From the NCBI GenBank assembly GCA_027923505.1, contig BROI01000010.1, forward strand, positions 62,001 to 126,000: a stretch of DNA of 64,000 nucleotides. The letters are read 5' to 3'. The notes under the pieces are model-generated. The model did not search any database. It was not told the origin of the DNA and saw only the letters and a program-made list of their open reading frames with translations. Positions within the stretch are counted from its first letter, which is position 1; each line of letters starts with the position of its first letter. The position numbers and the translations under genes are program-made. This document shows, one piece after another, positions 59,501-64,000 of this stretch. The stretch comes from Mayamaea pseudoterrestris. Lineage: Eukaryota.

Positions 59501-61971
59501 CGACTGTATGCGAATATATCGAAGTACGCGATAACGAGCTACTCGAAACGACGAAAGGTTTCCTAATCCAAATGGGAGAGGAGCCAGCGAAAGACTTAAT
59601 AAGTTACAACGAACTGTCGGATTTAATCGAACGACAGATGGACGAAGATATACGAAACGATCCGGCGACTCAGTGGGTATTCACGAAGGTAATCGGACAC
59701 GAGCTTAATTTGAAACCGAACGATCCGACATACAAAGGAAGTTCAAGTAACGTTCTCGTCGAATGGACTGACGGAACGACGACGTGGGAGCCTCTCGCGA
59801 TCATGAAGAAGGACGATCCGATAACGATCGCAGAGTATGGACTCAAGCACGGCTTTCGACAAGCCAGGATGGAAGCAGCTGGAGCATTACACTCGGAAGC
59901 GAAAGAAGTTTCGACAGATGGTAACAGCGGCGAAACGAAAATCGAAAGCAAACGGCGTACGCTACAAATTCGGCGTAAGGTTGCCGCGCAATTATAAAGA
60001 TGCGAAAGCTCTCGACGAGATCAACGGCAACACGCTGTGGACGGATGCGATTCGAACGGAATTAAATCAGATAAATGATTACGACACGTTCGCAGATCAA
60101 GGAGTCGGTAAGGTTATGCCGGCGCCGTGGAAACGAATAAACGTGCACATGATATTCGATGTCAAGCACGATTTGCGACGGAAAGCACGACTCGTTGCAG
60201 GAGGACATATGACAGAGCCGCCGAAGGATTCAGTTTACTCGGGCGTTGTGTCATTGCGAAGTCTACGAATGGTAGCGATGTTAGCGGAACTCAACGGTCT
60301 GGAACTGTGGGCAGCTGACGTCGGCAACGCATACTTGGAAGCGAAAAACGAAAGAGAAGGTTTATATCGTGGCAGGTCCGGAGTTCGGGGAGCTCGAGGG
60401 TCACACGCTCACGATCGTGAAGGCATTATACGGTCTTCGCACGTCAGGCGCACGCTGGCACGAGCACTTTGCAGACACGCTCCGCGACATTGGCTTCATG
60501 CCGTGTATTCGCAGAACCGGACGTGTGGATGCGCGATAAAGGCACGCACTACGAATACGTTTGTGTGTATGTCGACGATTTAGCGATAGCGATGAAGAAT
60601 CCGAAGGAACTAACGAATCTTTAATTGAGAACTACAACTACAAGTTGAAGGGCGTCGGTCCATTGGCATATCATTTGGGCGCAGACGTTTGGCGAGACGA
60701 CGACGGCGTACTCTGCTTCGGAGCGAAGAAGTACGTCACAAGACTACTAGCGAACTACAAAGAAATGTTCGGCGAGGAACCGCGACCGCAGACAAGTCCA
60801 CTACGCGACGGCGATCATCCGGAACTCGACGAAACGAAAGAACTTGACGACGACGGAATTGCGAAGTATCAATCGATAATTGGTGCGTTGCAATGGGCAG
60901 TAAGTTTATGTCGATTCGACATTCACTGTGCTGTCATGACTATGGGGAGATTCCGAGCTGCGCCACGAGCGGGGCACTTGGAACGGTTGAAGCATATTTG
61001 CGGATACTTACGAAGATACCCGGATGGAGCGATTCGATTCAACGTTTCGATTCCAACGGACGAGCGATACGCGACAGTTGACAAGATGGATTGGGATTAC
61101 AGTGTGTACGGCAAGATCTGCGAAGAGCTTCCGTGGAACATGCCCACGCCGCGCGGCAAGGCGGTGCGAATGTCAACGTTCGAAGATGCGAACCTGTACC
61201 ACGATTACACGACAGGACGGCAGCGATGGGCATGCTACACATGTTGAATGGAACAGTCGTTGATTGGTTTTCGAAACGCCAAGCGACGGTCGAGACGGCG
61301 ACGTACGGCTCGGAGTTTGTAGCAGCGAGAGTGAGCACGGAGCAGATCATGGATCTTCGCTTCACGCTACGCATGTTGGGAGTTCCGCTCGACGGACCTT
61401 CATGGATGTTTGGAGACAACAAGTCGGTAACGCAAAGCAGCAACCTACCGCACTCTAGTCTGACGAAGCGACACAATGCACTGGCATTTCACCGTGTACG
61501 CGAAGCGATTGCGGCGGGAATTATTAATTTCAACCACATCATGGGAACGACAAACCCGGCGGATGTACTTACCAAGTTTCTTCCACGGGCTACGGCAAGC
61601 AAGCACTTAAAGAACCTGCTCTTCAAGGAATCTAACTATTAGGTATGACTTGAGGGGAGTTGCAGGATGCGAACGAAAACAGCGAAAATCGGGCAAGTCA
61701 CACCGAATGTCCGATAGGGTGACACAGCGGCACTCGCGGCTCACCACAGCCTCACGATCGCGTGATGCGTGGCAGCGACGGCTTCGAAGCGATTCAACAA
61801 GTATATTGCTGAAACTAGTGCGATATAGAGTAGAAACAAGCAGACTTACTAAGCTTGAAGAGTTAAGAAAGCGATTTATTCGTCTCTCGTATTGTAGCAA
61901 CTGCAAGCTTGGATTGGCCATCCAAGGACAGCTACAAGCGAAAGGTGCAACGATTTGATTTACAAGTTACA
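56520..61971 (+). mobile_element. Copia-3: 5'-truncated CoDi-like Copia element (gag remnant, PR, INT, RT, RNH, PPT, 3' LTR), frameshifted
   Basis: LIDSGANGG (~57700), FATDTIHSD/LSDNAK/QNPCER (58011-58898), RKARLVAGGH and ADVGNAYL (59837-60583), QATVETATYGSEF/GDNKSV/NPADVLTK (61091-61642), PPT GAGGGGAG 61652-61659. Confidence 0.9.
61660..61971 (+). repeat. Putative Copia-3 3' LTR
   Basis: Follows the PPT and ends ...TTACAAGTTACA where element-4 sequence resumes; no second copy in the window to confirm it. Confidence 0.6.
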
Positions 61972-62073
61972 AGGAATGTAATCCGTAACTTTGTCGCTAG
62001 TAGCTTGTTTAACTTCGTCCGCTACAAGAGCGTCTTCCGTCGCACTGGCTGCCGCTGAGACCGCCGCCGTATC

Positions 62074-63160
62074 TCATTCTTCAAAGACCGCTCCAATTGC
62101 TTGATCCCAATCAACCTCCGACTCGCTATCGTTTGCCTCTGTAGCTTGCACTGGTTCCTCTGTTGTAACATCCACTATCATGTGCTGGTCTTCGTCAGCT
62201 TCTTGAGCGGCTCCGCCTCCATTGTTGCCGCCTCCATTGTTTTTCTTTTTCAATTTCGACTTGTCGAGTTTGAAACCCGGCTTGTAGCGCGGGCCCTTGG
62301 GGTTGCCGAAACACTGCTCCCAAGTGTGGCCGCCATGGTATTTGCACACGTTGGCATCGTTATTTGCTTTATGCTTCTTTCTCGATCCATTCCCATGGTT
62401 GTTGTTTTGGCCGCCGCCGTTGCCACCGTTGCGACGCGAGCGTTTGCCGCTCCGACGGCTGCCGCCATTGTCGTTCGAGTCGACTGGAGTCCTGTTGCTT
62501 GCTTTTAGATTGATCATGTTATCCAACCAACGAGCAAATTGAATCAGAGAAAGGTCTGCAAGGCGACTCGTTAAAGATTGCTCCTCAAACTTGCTTTGCA
62601 GCCAAGTAGGGACCATTGCGAGCAGGAGATCCTTGATGTCCTCGTCCGTATACTGGACCGCCGTTGGGTAGACCGCTTGTCTTCTTGCGGCATATAAGCC
62701 ATCAACTTGAACATGTTGCGCAGTAGACTGATCGATTGAGTAACCGTGTATCCATCTGGCAACTTGAGGTTCTTGAGGTACTCTTTTTGTCGACGCAAAT
62801 CGTCGTCGACGACCATGAGCTCAGAGAGGAAAGCTGGTTCCACGCTGCGATTGTATCGTCTGGTAGAACTGATTGATCCCAAGTATCACGAGGCGCTCCA
62901 AGGAGACAAAGGCGAAAGGATTCCTTGCGGACCCTCATGCGATGGGCTGCCTGTCCATCAAAGGCGAGCTGCTCCATTGCACCAATCACCTCCCCGATGA
63001 CACGAAGGACGGTCACGACGTCTTCATCACTAGCAATCTGTATCTTGCGCTTGTGCTTGGATCCATCTTGCTTGGTGAACGTGAGATCTTGTTTCGGTAG
63101 CGACTCAAACTTGACGCGAGGCACCAAAGGGATCTTGACGTCGACTCCTCTAATCAACAT
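62074..63160 (-). pseudogene. Gag-like gene of a fourth retroelement (possibly Gypsy-type), split by two frameshifts
   Basis: Three overlapping ORF pieces (62702-63160, 62571-62882, 62074-62616); basic Gly/Asn-rich region followed by a CKYHGGHTWEQCFGNP knuckle. Confidence 0.6.
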
Positions 63161-64000
63161 GTTGTTTCGTTTCCGTTTTTGATAGACAGTTGTCTATTTT
63201 GAATTCAAAGTGAAGTACCTATCGTAGGATGATATGTAAATGGAAATTATAATGGTATTTTAAAAGACTGCAATTGAAGATTGCCTCCATGGCGAGCCAT
63301 CGCTTTAAAAGAGCGAGGATCGCAGATGTCGCAACAGGATCGCCCATCTTCGCTAATACCCGACGGGCGTGTCCGTTGACTGTCCGGCTCGCCGTTGAGG
63401 ACGGGCCGGTGCATGTGAATCGTGTCAGATAGCACAATCATGGCGGCAGCTTCATGAAAGCGATCGTTGCTTTCCTGCGGCACCATGGTGGCCATCAGTC
63501 CTTGTCCAGCTTTAATTATGAACGTATGAATGCTAATTACAGTAGCGGACAGCGCAGGAAACGGCAGACTACATACAGCTTTTCTAGTCGAGCAATAATA
63601 TCGCGCTCTCTGGCGTCGAACGAAGCATCGAAAAGTTATTTTCTGCGTGCTGTGGCGGTGCCCTTTCACTTGAAGAAACAATAGAATGTACAAAGATCCT
63701 CTCGTGTTCATCGCTTGCGCCATAATGGATTGGAAGGATGCGAGATTCAAGGAATTTTGACTGACGGCGGTGCCGCTTGCCTTCTGCTCGAATTGTCCAT
63801 TTTGCAAGCGAGGCATTACTCGACGACGCGATAGACGACGCAGCAATTTACAAAGTGGGTGAAGATCACAAAGTTGGAAAGTTGCGAAAGTTATTGCTCG
63901 TGGCTCAAGGACTTCGAATTTTAACTTGGAGTGTAACGACTATAGACAATTAATCAACGTCTTTCTTCGGTCGGAGAGGCAGCCGAGCCAGGACAAAACG

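Noticed and set aside
63161..64000. 199-aa ORF (63247-63846) and a possible LTR end or PBS for element 4
   Set aside because: No recognisable motif and no second LTR copy to define boundaries; most likely 5' leader sequence.

Overview
Eukaryotic repeat-rich DNA with no cellular genes. The host is probably a diatom or other stramenopile, inferred from the CoDi-like Copia elements, an Ambal-like LINE and TTAGGG repeats. Bases 1-46.9 kb hold tandem satellites with nucleosome-sized monomers: SatA (172+180 bp dimer, 352 bp), SatB (169 bp, about 109 copies), a SatA-related variant SatA' (about 180 bp) and SatC (352 bp, itself an old 179+173 bp dimer). The 18.4-kb SatB block sits in register inside SatA, with (TTAGGG)2TTAG at its right junction. 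SatC is interrupted twice. The first insert is an LTR / SatA' / pol-end / LTR composite bounded by a CTACC duplication. The second is a 5'-truncated non-LTR retrotransposon with an intact APE-RT-RNaseH-CCHC ORF2. Bases 46.9-64 kb are a nest of three Copia elements with chromodomain-like modules plus a gag-like gene of a fourth element. Several stretches (about 1-12.4 kb, 25.1-27.4 kb, 31.3-31.65 kb and parts of the LTR nest) are indel-rich and look like poorly polished long-read sequence, so junction-level claims there need read support.
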